Source of the DNA: Perkinsus chesapeaki ATCC PRA-425
Lineage: Eukaryota; Protista; Perkinsozoa
Direction of reading: 5' to 3'
DNA length: 64,000 bases
NCBI GenBank assembly: GCA_013115145.1
Contig: JAAPAO010000031.1
Coordinates: 1-64,000, forward strand
The notes below the pieces were generated by a model, which ran no database searches, had not been told where the DNA came from, and saw nothing but the letters and a program-made list of their open reading frames with translations. The position numbers and the translations under genes are program-made. Positions 25,028 to 37,433 of the stretch are shown piece after piece; the first letter of the stretch is position 1, and every line of letters starts with the position of its first letter.

Positions 25028-26440
25028 ATGTCGACCTATTTTATTATGAAATTCCTGTGGTGTATTTTGCTTGAGCAGCGTAATATGGAACTGTCTCGCG
25101 TTTCTCCATGGGTACGATGTGATGGTAGAGTGTCATCTGACCGATTTCTATCCTTAACCACCGTGGTAGTTCTGTTATTAATTCGATTTATCTGCTACTT
25201 ACATAAAGTTTCACCGATAATGGTCGAGCCTCGGTTGCCTGCCATTGTCTCTACGTTGTTGATAGCTTCTGTAGGTATCTTATCCCACTGCCTCTCGTTA
25301 TCAATTCTCATGGCATTCCTCCCGAGGCCGGCATTCATAGCAGCCATAATGTCTGTTAAAGCGTCGCATATAACCATACCTTTCGCCGATAACAGAGTAT
25401 CTCTAGCCCTAGACGGCCAGTACGCCAACTTCATGATCGATACTGGCAGTGCAAGGTCCTTCGCTATCTATGGGCCAGAGTACGAAAGAAGAAACGGTGA
25501 AGGAAGCTGTAAACATGTTGGAGTTTGTTACTTCTGTCTTCCCGATAGTCCATGTCATGATATTTTCGAGAGGAAGAAATGGAATGTTAGATTTAGCGAT
25601 GGTGACGTGTATACATACGTGGAACATACTGTGTCCTTGAAGATTGGTGAAGTAACGATAAAAGACTTCAAGATTGGACTCGCTATAGACTTTTATAATG
25701 ACAGGGAAGACCAAATGACAGTCCCCGTCTGTGGGCAACTTGGTCTATCATACGGCCGGAAAGGTATCCCAGAGACATTTTTAGAACAGTTGCAAAGGCG
25801 CGAAGTGATTACCCATCTCGCATACTGGGTTCGGACTGGCCAGGACGGATCTTACTTCGCTGGTAACCTCACACTAGATGATTCATCGAGGACTTACTCC
25901 TACGCTATGCGCCTGAGCACCACTTTCGCCCTTCAAAGAAGGAAATTTTATCTCCCTGTTTGGCCTCTGCAGCTTATGAATCCACCGAGTCACTTCATAC
26001 CACGCCGGCAAACAGAGGCGCTTGAAACGAATCGAGTTAGGCCAGCACTCGCCAACGTAGACACTGGCGCTGGGGCTATTTTCACAACATCTGGAGATTT
26101 CGAGTTTTTCCTAGAAGCTGCTGGGAGATACCTCTGGATGGGAGCTAAGTCGCAACTGTTTATGGTAAAGAAGGGTGATGTTGACAATCTGCCCACGTTA
26201 ATATTTGATATAGGAGAATCAAGCATCAAGAACCGCATAAGACTGAGGCCAAAACATTACGTGCGATGTGATCAATACGATAATTGCTTTGTACACATTA
26301 TCTCTGGGGCGGACGGCTCTTATTCATTCGGCCAACCTTTCTTTCATGCTTATCACGTAGGATTTGATCTCTCTTCTACAACGACTTCAATGTATCTGAA
26401 AGCTCAAGAGTTCGAGGAGGCGGTTGCAAGTTTAGTGTAA
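25028..26440 (+). CDS. Pepsin-like aspartic protease, copy 4 (intronless; likely start ATG 25220)
   Basis: MIDTGS, GQLGLSYG, NVDTGA, FGQPFFHAYHVGFD; leader MVEPRLPAIVSTLLIASVGILSHC. Confidence 0.88.
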   Translation: MSTYFIMKFLWCILLEQRNMELSRVSPWVRCDGRVSSDRFLSLTTVVVLLLIRFICYLHKVSPIMVEPRLPAIVSTLLIASVGILSHCLSLSILMAFLPRPAFIAAIMSVKASHITIPFADNRVSLALDGQYANFMIDTGSARSFAIYGPEYERRNGEGSCKHVGVCYFCLPDSPCHDIFERKKWNVRFSDGDVYTYVEHTVSLKIGEVTIKDFKIGLAIDFYNDREDQMTVPVCGQLGLSYGRKGIPETFLEQLQRREVITHLAYWVRTGQDGSYFAGNLTLDDSSRTYSYAMRLSTTFALQRRKFYLPVWPLQLMNPPSHFIPRRQTEALETNRVRPALANVDTGAGAIFTTSGDFEFFLEAAGRYLWMGAKSQLFMVKKGDVDNLPTLIFDIGESSIKNRIRLRPKHYVRCDQYDNCFVHIISGADGSYSFGQPFFHAYHVGFDLSSTTTSMYLKAQEFEEAVASLV

Positions 26441-27214
26441 CCCGATAAAATACAGACCAGGGTCATATAGTATGCTGGTGGTGTTGTGATCACCGTTCAT
26501 CTTCTTACACTTTAGTAGTTATAAGCTAGCAACGGTATTCTACTCGCTGCTGCTTCTGCTGTTGTTGGGAATGTCTTGTGGAACACGGCGATGTTGAGAT
26601 GTTGTGCGAAACTTCTGTGACCTTGTGTTAATAATTTCTGAGGAACTCTTGTCGGTTGATCTAGCAAAACAAAGATCTTCTTGGACTACATCAATACTCG
26701 CTAACGGTATGGCATTCTGCCATGAGAAGCTGTGCCTTCATAGCTGTTGTTATGTTTCTCCACTTGAAGCCACGTAAGTGAGTCATGTTCTGAAGGTTAC
26801 CTGCTTTTGGCGGCTCATCGTATAGATTGAGTTTATGCGAGTTCATGTGTATAAGTACACATAAATAATGTTTACATTTTAAGGACGAGGTCATATGCAA
26901 AATACGATATTGCCTGAATTTTAGGCCTTGGTACAAACGGGGAGTCCCGAGCGTCTCCTCATTCTGCAGCCTGTCACTATAAAAAGTACAAGTTGCCAGA
27001 ATTATTCGCCTGTTTCGGTCGCTCGTATGCCCTGTTGAACAGGAACATGAATCTCGCATGCATTCTTGAACTATGATCGCTAGTAATACATTGCGTCGAT
27101 TTGGGGAGAGTTTTTAGTTTGGCTCAACTGATGTTGAGTTTGGCCTTTGGAATTTGGAATTTGGAATTTGGATAGTGCGTTTATAACATACGCTGTGTAC
27201 CTAGGTTATCTATC

Positions 27215-28315
27215 ATGGGCGTCATCCTCTCAAGAACGTTTTACCTTGTTCCACTGGGCTTCGTGCAATGCTCGCCTATAACCCTACAGTTCGTCAACAA
27301 CATGGTCACCCTCAGTTTGGATGGTCAATACGTTGACTTATTCATGGATACCGGCTGCCCAGAGTCGTTTGCTGTATACGGGCCCGAATATGAAAGACAA
27401 AATGGCAATGGGACCTGCAGAGATATCCAAGGTTGTTACTTTTGCACTCTTAGTAATCCTTGTGATGACATATTCGAGCGACGACGTCGGTCCATTAAAT
27501 TCGGAGATGATGGCGAATATACACTCGTGGAACACTCTGTGTCCCTGACGATTGGTGGGATGACGATTCCTAATTTCAAGATTGGGCTCGCTATCAATTG
27601 TTATGGTGGGAAATGCAAGAGGGCAAAGGGGAGTATTCTGGGGGTGTTGGGCCTATCTTACGGTCGTGAGGGTATTACAGAGACATTTCTAGAACAGCTG
27701 CAAAGACGCAAAGCGATTTCAAGTCTAAAATATTGGGTTCGCACTGAGCGGAGTGTATCCGCTTTTGATGGTAATCTCACACTAGATGACTCCACAAGGG
27801 ATAACTCCTGCATTTTACATCTGAGCAGAGTTCCGCGTCGTTTAATGCTCCCGGCTTGGCCGCTGCAACTTCTGAGTCCTCAAGGTCACCAACTGACGCC
27901 TAGATCAGGAAGCTTATCGGAGGGGGAGAGAGCGATAGCAGTGGACACCGGCGCTACTCATATATTTGCGTCTCCAACAGATTTCGAGAAATTCGAGAAA
28001 TCCACTGGAAAATATATCTGGCAGAATGCTGGGCTTCTGTTGGTGAATAAGACAGATGTTCACAACCTACCCACATTACTTTATGGTATCGGGGAACCAA
28101 ACATGAAAAGTGCCATAAAAATTCAGCCAAAGCATTACGTGAGATGTTTGAGTGCTCTCTGCGTCGTGCGCATCGTCCCGCGCGCCAGCTATCCTTCTGC
28201 ATTCGGCCGTCCTTTCTTCTACGCCTATGATGTAGGGTTTGATCTCGAGTCCAATCCACCCTCGATATATCTCAAGGCTAAGGATGCTGATAATGAAGTT
28301 GAAACTATAGTCTAA
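27215..28315 (+). CDS. Pepsin-like aspartic protease, copy 5 (intronless, short signal peptide)
   Basis: 366-aa ORF; FMDTGC, GVLGLSYG, AVDTGA, FGRPFFYAYDVGFD. Confidence 0.88.
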   Translation: MGVILSRTFYLVPLGFVQCSPITLQFVNNMVTLSLDGQYVDLFMDTGCPESFAVYGPEYERQNGNGTCRDIQGCYFCTLSNPCDDIFERRRRSIKFGDDGEYTLVEHSVSLTIGGMTIPNFKIGLAINCYGGKCKRAKGSILGVLGLSYGREGITETFLEQLQRRKAISSLKYWVRTERSVSAFDGNLTLDDSTRDNSCILHLSRVPRRLMLPAWPLQLLSPQGHQLTPRSGSLSEGERAIAVDTGATHIFASPTDFEKFEKSTGKYIWQNAGLLLVNKTDVHNLPTLLYGIGEPNMKSAIKIQPKHYVRCLSALCVVRIVPRASYPSAFGRPFFYAYDVGFDLESNPPSIYLKAKDADNEVETIV

Positions 28316-28709
28316 CGTTACAGGAGGATATGATTACTAGTCACGACTTCGAGGGTGTTGATGACACATTCCAGCTTACTGCACTTGGCAACTGGAAAAG
28401 TCTGAGTAATGCTTCCTTGTATGTGTCGAGAGCATCGTCGTCGTCTTGGTTACGCATGATGTTAATGATGTTGACATGTTCAACTGCTCAGCTCACTTGT
28501 GTTACTATCAATTTCCACTTCAGACAAAAGCGTGGCAGCTGACCCCGGGGCGACTGCTGTTTCCTTACTCGTTGCTTTTACGTCTCCTAAGAGCTCGGCA
28601 ATACATCAATCAACAAAATGGGGTTCAGCTCATGTCAACTTATTTCGCATTGCCTTTATCTCGAGAAGATGAATCAGATGGTATCTTTGAGTAGCTATAA
28701 ATCGCTCAA

Positions 28710-29945
28710 ATGAAATCATACCCTCACCCACCTAATGTGGTAACTCATAATCAAAGACGACATAGCTTGCGTTCCTATTTTAATACTTCCATTTCGATAA
28801 AGTTTTTTTCGGCAATGAACCACCCTCGATTATCGGTTATTGACTCTACGCTGTTGGTAGCGTGTGTGGGTGTACTCTATCACTGCCACTGGTCGTTAGT
28901 GCTGCTGGTGTGCCTCCCGGTTGTGTACCTTCTGTCATCTAGTTCAGCGCCAATTGTTACGCGCAGTCCGCTCAAAGTGGTCCCGGCAGCTACTAGAGCT
29001 GCGTGCGAACAGGAGCCAGAACCTCCTGTCCGGCGAAGCGAGCCCGCCTCCGTGCCAAGTGCAGCTCGGCCTAATCTTGGCGCCCTGGACTCCGTCGTTG
29101 AGACTGGTGTACTATGGAACTGTCTAGAGTTTCTCGATGGTGACGGCGTGATCGCTCTCATGAGAATAATCGGAGAGTCCCATCCCATGTATTCTCCGGA
29201 GCAAATCGACAAGCGTATCTTCGGCGAGCTTCTCGGCGGTGCTCCTAGGCAACATCGGCTACCCAAAGGCTGGAAAAACCAACAGACCTGGCTGCTCATA
29301 CAAAATATTGGGCTCGAGTATCTTTGCGAACTACGTATTGCCGCCTCAGACCTCACAGGGCAGCCCATACAGTTTTTCGATCCTTCGGTGGACTTTAAAT
29401 CGGGTATTCTCCGACGAATCCGTGCCACTGAGGGCTCGACCAATGAGATTCTTGAGTGGGTGTTGGGCTCTAGCATCTACCTCCTAATGGGAATCTTACC
29501 CACCGACAACAGCATTGACATCATATCACTAGTATTTTATCTCAACCCAGCTGGCCGCCCATGCTTGCTCTTCACCAGAGGGACCCGGCGGATATCCCAG
29601 CGCAAATTCAGTAAACTAGATGTGATGATGTGTCGGTTACCAAACCAGTCTGATGTGGACTTTGTGCACCCCTTCCGTGATTTCTATGCAATCTCCGAGG
29701 GCACGCTGCGACTAGATCAGAGCTTGATCTCACCGAAGAGTCTTTTACGAATAGATAAGGGGAATGTTGTGTCGGCCAACGCTGGATCACCATGCGCTAT
29801 GGTGGAGCTGATGGCCCTAATGGGCACGCCAGAAGTGATACACGCGGAGAGCATTTCAACTTCTGCTGTAACAGTTGATCGTACTCTTGTTAATATGATT
29901 CGTCGACACGCTCAAGTACCCTTATCATATTTCATCATTCTTTAG
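28710..29945 (+). CDS. Intronless hypothetical protein with a protease-derived N-terminal leader (likely start ATG 28815) and an unrelated body, possibly with an F-box-like helix
   Basis: 411-aa ORF. MNHPRLSVIDSTLLVACVGVLYHCHWSLVLLVCLP aligns with the protease leaders. The body has no DTG motifs. LDSVVETGVLWNCLEFLD is only weakly F-box-like. Confidence 0.7.
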   Translation: MKSYPHPPNVVTHNQRRHSLRSYFNTSISIKFFSAMNHPRLSVIDSTLLVACVGVLYHCHWSLVLLVCLPVVYLLSSSSAPIVTRSPLKVVPAATRAACEQEPEPPVRRSEPASVPSAARPNLGALDSVVETGVLWNCLEFLDGDGVIALMRIIGESHPMYSPEQIDKRIFGELLGGAPRQHRLPKGWKNQQTWLLIQNIGLEYLCELRIAASDLTGQPIQFFDPSVDFKSGILRRIRATEGSTNEILEWVLGSSIYLLMGILPTDNSIDIISLVFYLNPAGRPCLLFTRGTRRISQRKFSKLDVMMCRLPNQSDVDFVHPFRDFYAISEGTLRLDQSLISPKSLLRIDKGNVVSANAGSPCAMVELMALMGTPEVIHAESISTSAVTVDRTLVNMIRRHAQVPLSYFIIL

Positions 29946-30000
29946 CTCAATCACAGTTATCGGCAACTGATTACAATCGATCAATTAAACATGTATTATT

Positions 30001-30448
30001 ATTTCTTATCCCAAGCAGATGTGGCCCATCTGACAATGGCCAATACACCACAACGTATCACGCCGGAACAGCTGTCTAGTTTTCCGGTAATGGTCAAAAG
30101 ATAGCATTTGCACAATTTCCTTATTAATCGTGTTCCTTTTGATCAACAGGTTACTCCTCGAACACCACACAATCTCCGCTAAGAAATGAACTTTCTTCTG
30201 TAGACTTTAGAGTTTCTAACTTCCGTGCTAAATACCTGAATCGAGCCATCACAGTAATGGTATCGCACTGGTTTCAGTACTACACCACTCTTGGGTACGT
30301 GGTCGAAGGACTATGCTCTTTCCACTGGCTGAGGAGGAACCATAAGGCTTCCGAGCTTACGCCATACAAGAGCCATCCACGCATCTGGGACGCCGTTAGA
30401 GATCATCTCGCTGAGGGTCACCAACCAATTCTTATGTTAGAAACCTAA
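30001..30448 (+). CDS. Hypothetical protein fragment, paralog of 30545-31260 (possibly degenerate)
   Basis: SPLRNELSSVDFRVSNFRAKYL versus APLRNQLPSVDLSASSFRFFRAKYL; identical DNA words tttcttatcccaa, cttctgtagactt and ttccgtgctaaatacctg. Confidence 0.45.
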
Positions 30449-30544
30449 CAAAACATTAGTGAAGAGGAATGTCGGTGGAGTCGGCCCATCTATCCAAGTT
30501 GGGACACCTGGAGCTCCCAGTAGCGTGGAGCCTACCCTTTCCTG

Positions 30545-31260
30545 ATGGACCCTTCGGAGAGCGCTCCAGACGCTCTTGACTCGTCAGCAGCTGCTTCCGA
30601 TGGATTGACACGTGTGCCGAGTCCATTTATGGCTTGTGGGATTGATGCCTCGGCCCGCGCAGCCCGAGCCGGAGATGCTTGCGAAGGAGACATCGAATCT
30701 ATCCCATCCCCTAACATCGCCGCCGTGTCGATGATGGCTATTCGCCAAATAGTGTTTGGTCGGCATCGAAAGAAGGGAGGTAGCAATGTAAGCCAGACGC
30801 AAGGTCTTCATTGTCCATTGATGAAATCATAAACTCTTCACCACCCTCGGCGAATAGTGCTTGGGGAGTGAATGAGCGAATTAAGTGTTTCTTATCCCAA
30901 CCAAGATTTGAGTTGATTGGCCCCGATCAGTCTTTATATAGAAAGAATTTGAGTTGCCGTAAGACCAGCAAGACTATCGACCGTCTTATGATACTCTTAA
31001 ACGCAACAATAGCCCCTTTGCGAAATCAACTTCCTTCTGTAGACTTGTCAGCTTCTAGCTTCCGTTTCTTCCGTGCTAAATACCTGGAACAAACGCTTAG
31101 TAACACTCCTCTGTATGTCCCCTACCTTTCTTTTGCACTCATTACGCGATCCTCCAAATTGGACTCGGCCGACATGGCACTCTCGACTTGCTCCAAGGCC
31201 TACCACAACCGGTACTCGATACGATTTTGCCGGAGGCTTCACCTTCATATTAGCCTGTAG
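30545..31260 (+). CDS. Hypothetical protein, multi-exon
   Basis: ORF 30545-30832 joins 30811-31260 through a plausible gtaagc..aatag intron; a paralogous copy lies just upstream. Confidence 0.5.
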
Positions 31261-31749
31261 TGTTTGCTTAGCCAACTGCTCTTCGCTGCCCATGATAGCA
31301 CCACTTCGGTCTTTAGGGATATAGCTCGGCAAGACCTAGAAGGTAGCTTGAGTATGATAGGATAGCGAGAGACAGCATAACGCTATTCCAGAACCATTTG
31401 GATGATCAAAAGGCATTACAAAGAGCTACCAAGAGGTAGAAATAAGAGAGAAACAGAATTTGAGATCTTCACCCAACTTGGGAAGATTCTCTACGGGTTG
31501 GTAGGATGCCCACTACCTTGGGAATGGCGTCCAGCTTGACTTTGCCTCCTTCTTCTTCGACCTCTTTAAGGACGCCTTGTTCCTTCGTCTTATTTCCCTT
31601 TGATTTGGCACCCTAACAAAAGCCATCAACATGCTTTCAGTACTAACTAATCTCTACTAATCTTTACAGCCCCTAAATTAGAGTAGCCTCTGTGGCATAT
31701 GGTTTAAGCATCCGATACCACGGTGAAATTGTATTGCAAAGCGGCTCGG

Positions 31750-32984
31750 TTAACTGTCGTGCTATTCGGGCGTCAGTCTCAGTCCGTTTTTCTGACCCTC
31801 AAGATCCCTTCACTACTACCTTGTCGGTATCATCCAGCGCCTCAGCCTTCTCTTGGTCCTCTTCATCGGCCTTTTCTCGATCAGCCTCATTAGCATTAGA
31901 GCGGGCAAATCGTCCCTAATGTACGCCATCTGGCCGTCGGTGTCCTTAGCTTACACTAGACAATAGGTTCCTTAAGAAGTTCTGGCTGCTCCTCTGCTCC
32001 CCTTCCTGTTCCTTACTCTCCATCTTCAGTCGTTCCTCGAACCTGACCAACCAAGCACCATGTCGACTACGCGACTATCGAATGGCCACCTATGTTGTCT
32101 ACAATTCCCAGTTAGAAGGCAGTTTAATGTGAAAAAGGCATGTGCGAATTTGGCCCAGTTTAATGCAGCCTCCACGTACCTCTTAAGCTCCTCTTGCTTC
32201 TTTATATATGCCCCGGTGACGAAAGCCTCTCCCTCATCACCAATCTCTTCCTTAGCCTTCTCTCGTTCCTTCCTATTAAACTTCATCTTGATGAGATCTG
32301 TTTCCTTTGCTCGATGGTCAGCCGTCAACAATATCTATTCCCATGGCAGCTTCACATTCCCCCTCCCCCATCAGTCTTACATGCTCCATGTGCCTCGAGT
32401 GCTTATTCTTGAATGCGTCTTGGGCATGCAGCGCTCCTTCCTTCGTAACATGGACCAGCCCTGGCCGGTTCAACGCCTTAGTAGGCGACAATTCCTCTGA
32501 GCAATCAAACATTTCATACCGCTCTCTCCGCAATGATATTACTTTCCTTGGGCCTAGCCCTCCGTAACCGCTCACTTGACCCGCTATCTAGACTGCTAAC
32601 GTCATCATCGTCACCACTTTGATCGTCTTTCTCATCGTACTCGAACACCCCCTCAGCCTTCATATGGCTGATCTCCTCCTTTTCCAGTTTGGACAACTAA
32701 CCGCACTTTTCCCAGGGAAAACGGTATGGAACGGACTACCGCAGCCTGCGTTGACACCAGAGGCATGGACTGGCCAGGCAGCCCCGACCCCGTGGACACT
32801 TGCTCCTCTTCCTTCATGGATTCCGCGAACAACGCCTACTGACTAGCTATTGCATGCCCCATGGCAGCTTCATTACATTAACCTTACTGGTCGGCTTTGG
32901 ATGCGGCTTGGCCTTGGGCTTGCCCTTCAGGGACATGGTCCCGAAGTGACCGGTAGTCTTCTGTGGGCCCAACTGGAAGTTCAT
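31750..32984 (-). CDS. NSRP1/CCDC55-like (DUF2040) coiled-coil protein; 3' end uncertain
   Basis: GVFEYDE and RKEREKAKEEIGDEGEAFVTGAYIKKQEELKR resemble the conserved NSRP1 motifs; multi-exon; start MNFQLGPQK at 32984. Confidence 0.65.
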
Positions 32985-33215
32985 CCCTCAATCCTGGTTG
33001 CCTGATAAATATCTTTTACTACTCTCAACGCAAGAGGCGGTTTTTACTATGTAACAGGTATTGATGATGAAAACAGAAACAGACAGAAACCTCCGTCTGG
33101 TGATTGCTACCTCCCGACGACGACGTCGTATGAACTGACAAAGAGGAATGGAGGGAGTCGCTCTGGGCGCTGTCGGGGGCCTACTGTCTATTTAAAACGT
33201 TTGCATGCTCATCGA

Positions 33216-35708
<2,493 letters not shown>

Positions 35709-37235
35709 AAACTGCCCGCAGACAGACGCGGACAGCTGTTACCCCCGGACTAGATAACACAAAGCAACAACGATACATCTAACCCGTCACCACCAACAAG
35801 CATGCTTTCAATAGGATCCCTTGGTCACGTTGAATCGATTGAGATGAGAAGCGTGAAGACAAGGCAAGAATGACCTATTTGCAGGAAAAAGAGCCTTTTC
35901 AATGTCGCTCGCCATAAAACGGACGCTCCGCAATTTAGTTGAATACTCATATGGGAAAAAGCACTTTCAAAAGCCCATAAAGCATGGGCCATGCTACAGG
36001 CTCTATGTGATCTTCAAGCCTATTATATTTTCAGGTTGATAGCCGCAGCCATGGGCTGTATACTCTGGTAACGCCGCCATGGTGGCTCCACGACAACAGG
36101 CCCGAAGGCTAGTCAACAAGAGAACGACACGAACTATAAGCAGTTTCCCTGCTGAGTACTTCTAGGGAAGGGTATCGCCTCGGCCAGTGGCTAAATGCGT
36201 CCCGTGCATTTTAGGGGGCACAATTCAAGACCGTATGAGCTCGAACTCGAACGACAAGAAATCAGGTAGCACTGCTAGGCAGTGTTTCCTGATGAACTAG
36301 CAACCTCGATCGCAAAGAGACGCACACAGTGTGACCTTGCACTGCAGAGTGCAAGGGAACCAGTATGGCTGGAGGCTCAGTCTCGCTTAGTAGCGCAGAG
36401 TCTCAGACTCTGCGCCGCAGACGTATTCTTCCCAAAGATAAACACTGGAATAGGAAATGAAAAGACCCCATGGTATTTTACTACCTGAAAGGACGCTAAT
36501 GATAGAAAACAGTATAAGTACTCATGTGCGATTAGAACCTACAATCACTTTGGGTTCGATGACGACTACGACTTACTTCACTTCTGTTCTCGTATGGCCC
36601 GAAACACGCTGCGCGGAGGAAAAAGTGTCTGGAGAAAGTGTTGAGTGAGACACAAGGAACGGGACCGTGATGAAAATGAGAATATCCCCGACAGTCCGCC
36701 TTCAGAAGGTGACTTCCATATCAAAATATGAAGTGCTGGGTGCTAGAGTAAGAACTTCAAGTTGAAGAGAACGACTAATAGCGCCAAAAGGCCATGGAGT
36801 AAAACCCTTGTCTCCTCAAACTGGCAGCGCATGTGCTCCTGACTTTCTTCGATTCTAAGCTCGAACCCCGTGCCAATCACGCAAACAAGATGCAAAGCTG
36901 TCGGGGGGTCACGCGTAAGATTCGCGACGAAAGGGTCAGTTATTTTTACAGTCTGAAAGTAGTAGAACTATGTTCAAAGGAGCAGTACCGTATTGTGACG
37001 TACCGACAGTGCGTCACACGGCTGGAGACGAACCTGGGCTTTCGAACCTTTTACGAGCATTTTCGGGTCAGAAGCCCTGGCCCTCTATAAGCGCTAGTCG
37101 GCGAAAGGAAATGGTTTATCTTAGGCGGACGTGAATTGCATAAACGGCAACCCTGGAGATCTTGGAACCTTAGTATGGGATCAATATTTGTTATCAGAGT
37201 CATATTCTATTCTGTGGAGCATTGGTTCACAGGAA

Positions 37236-37433
37236 ATGCCAAATTCCGTTTGCATTATCATCCTCTATCTCGGTATGATTCTCTGTCGCAAAGGACAAGG
37301 TCCAGGTCCACTTCATCCTGGGACCTACGCCGGCGAGAAGCCTCCAATGGTATGCCTTGAGCTTGAAGTTACTAGTTCTTGTTATGATCTAACAGCGAGA
37401 AACCATGCTTGTATTTTATCGGCTTGCCTATAA
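37236..37433 (+). CDS. Short or truncated secreted-type orphan protein, paralog of 38561-39004
   Basis: MPNSVCIIILYLGMILCRKG..HPGTYA..VCLEL versus MSISFYTIILYLGILLCVKG..PHGSYA..VCLQA; shared DNA atcatcctctatctcggtat. Confidence 0.55.
   Translation: MPNSVCIIILYLGMILCRKGQGPGPLHPGTYAGEKPPMVCLELEVTSSCYDLTARNHACILSACL

Noticed and set aside
21499-25738. Repeated antisense and alternate-frame ORFs inside protease copies (21499, 21539, 23743, 23783, 25409, 25449)
   Set aside because: Shadows of the conserved protease coding sequence, not independent genes.
27118-27127. tttggctcaa, resembling the 3' end of the dinoflagellate/perkinsid spliced leader, ~90 nt before protease copy 5
   Set aside because: Only 10 nt match, the terminal G is missing, and it is not found before the other copies. 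Insufficient evidence for a relict SL or retroposition.
27146-27172. (tttggaa)x3-4 microsatellite upstream of protease copy 5
   Set aside because: Short simple repeat with no further support for function.
31048-31332. Minus-strand ORF overlapping the plus-strand gene 30545-31260
   Set aside because: The plus strand has paralog support. This ORF could not be linked convincingly to the NSRP1-like exons, so a real antisense overlap is unsupported.
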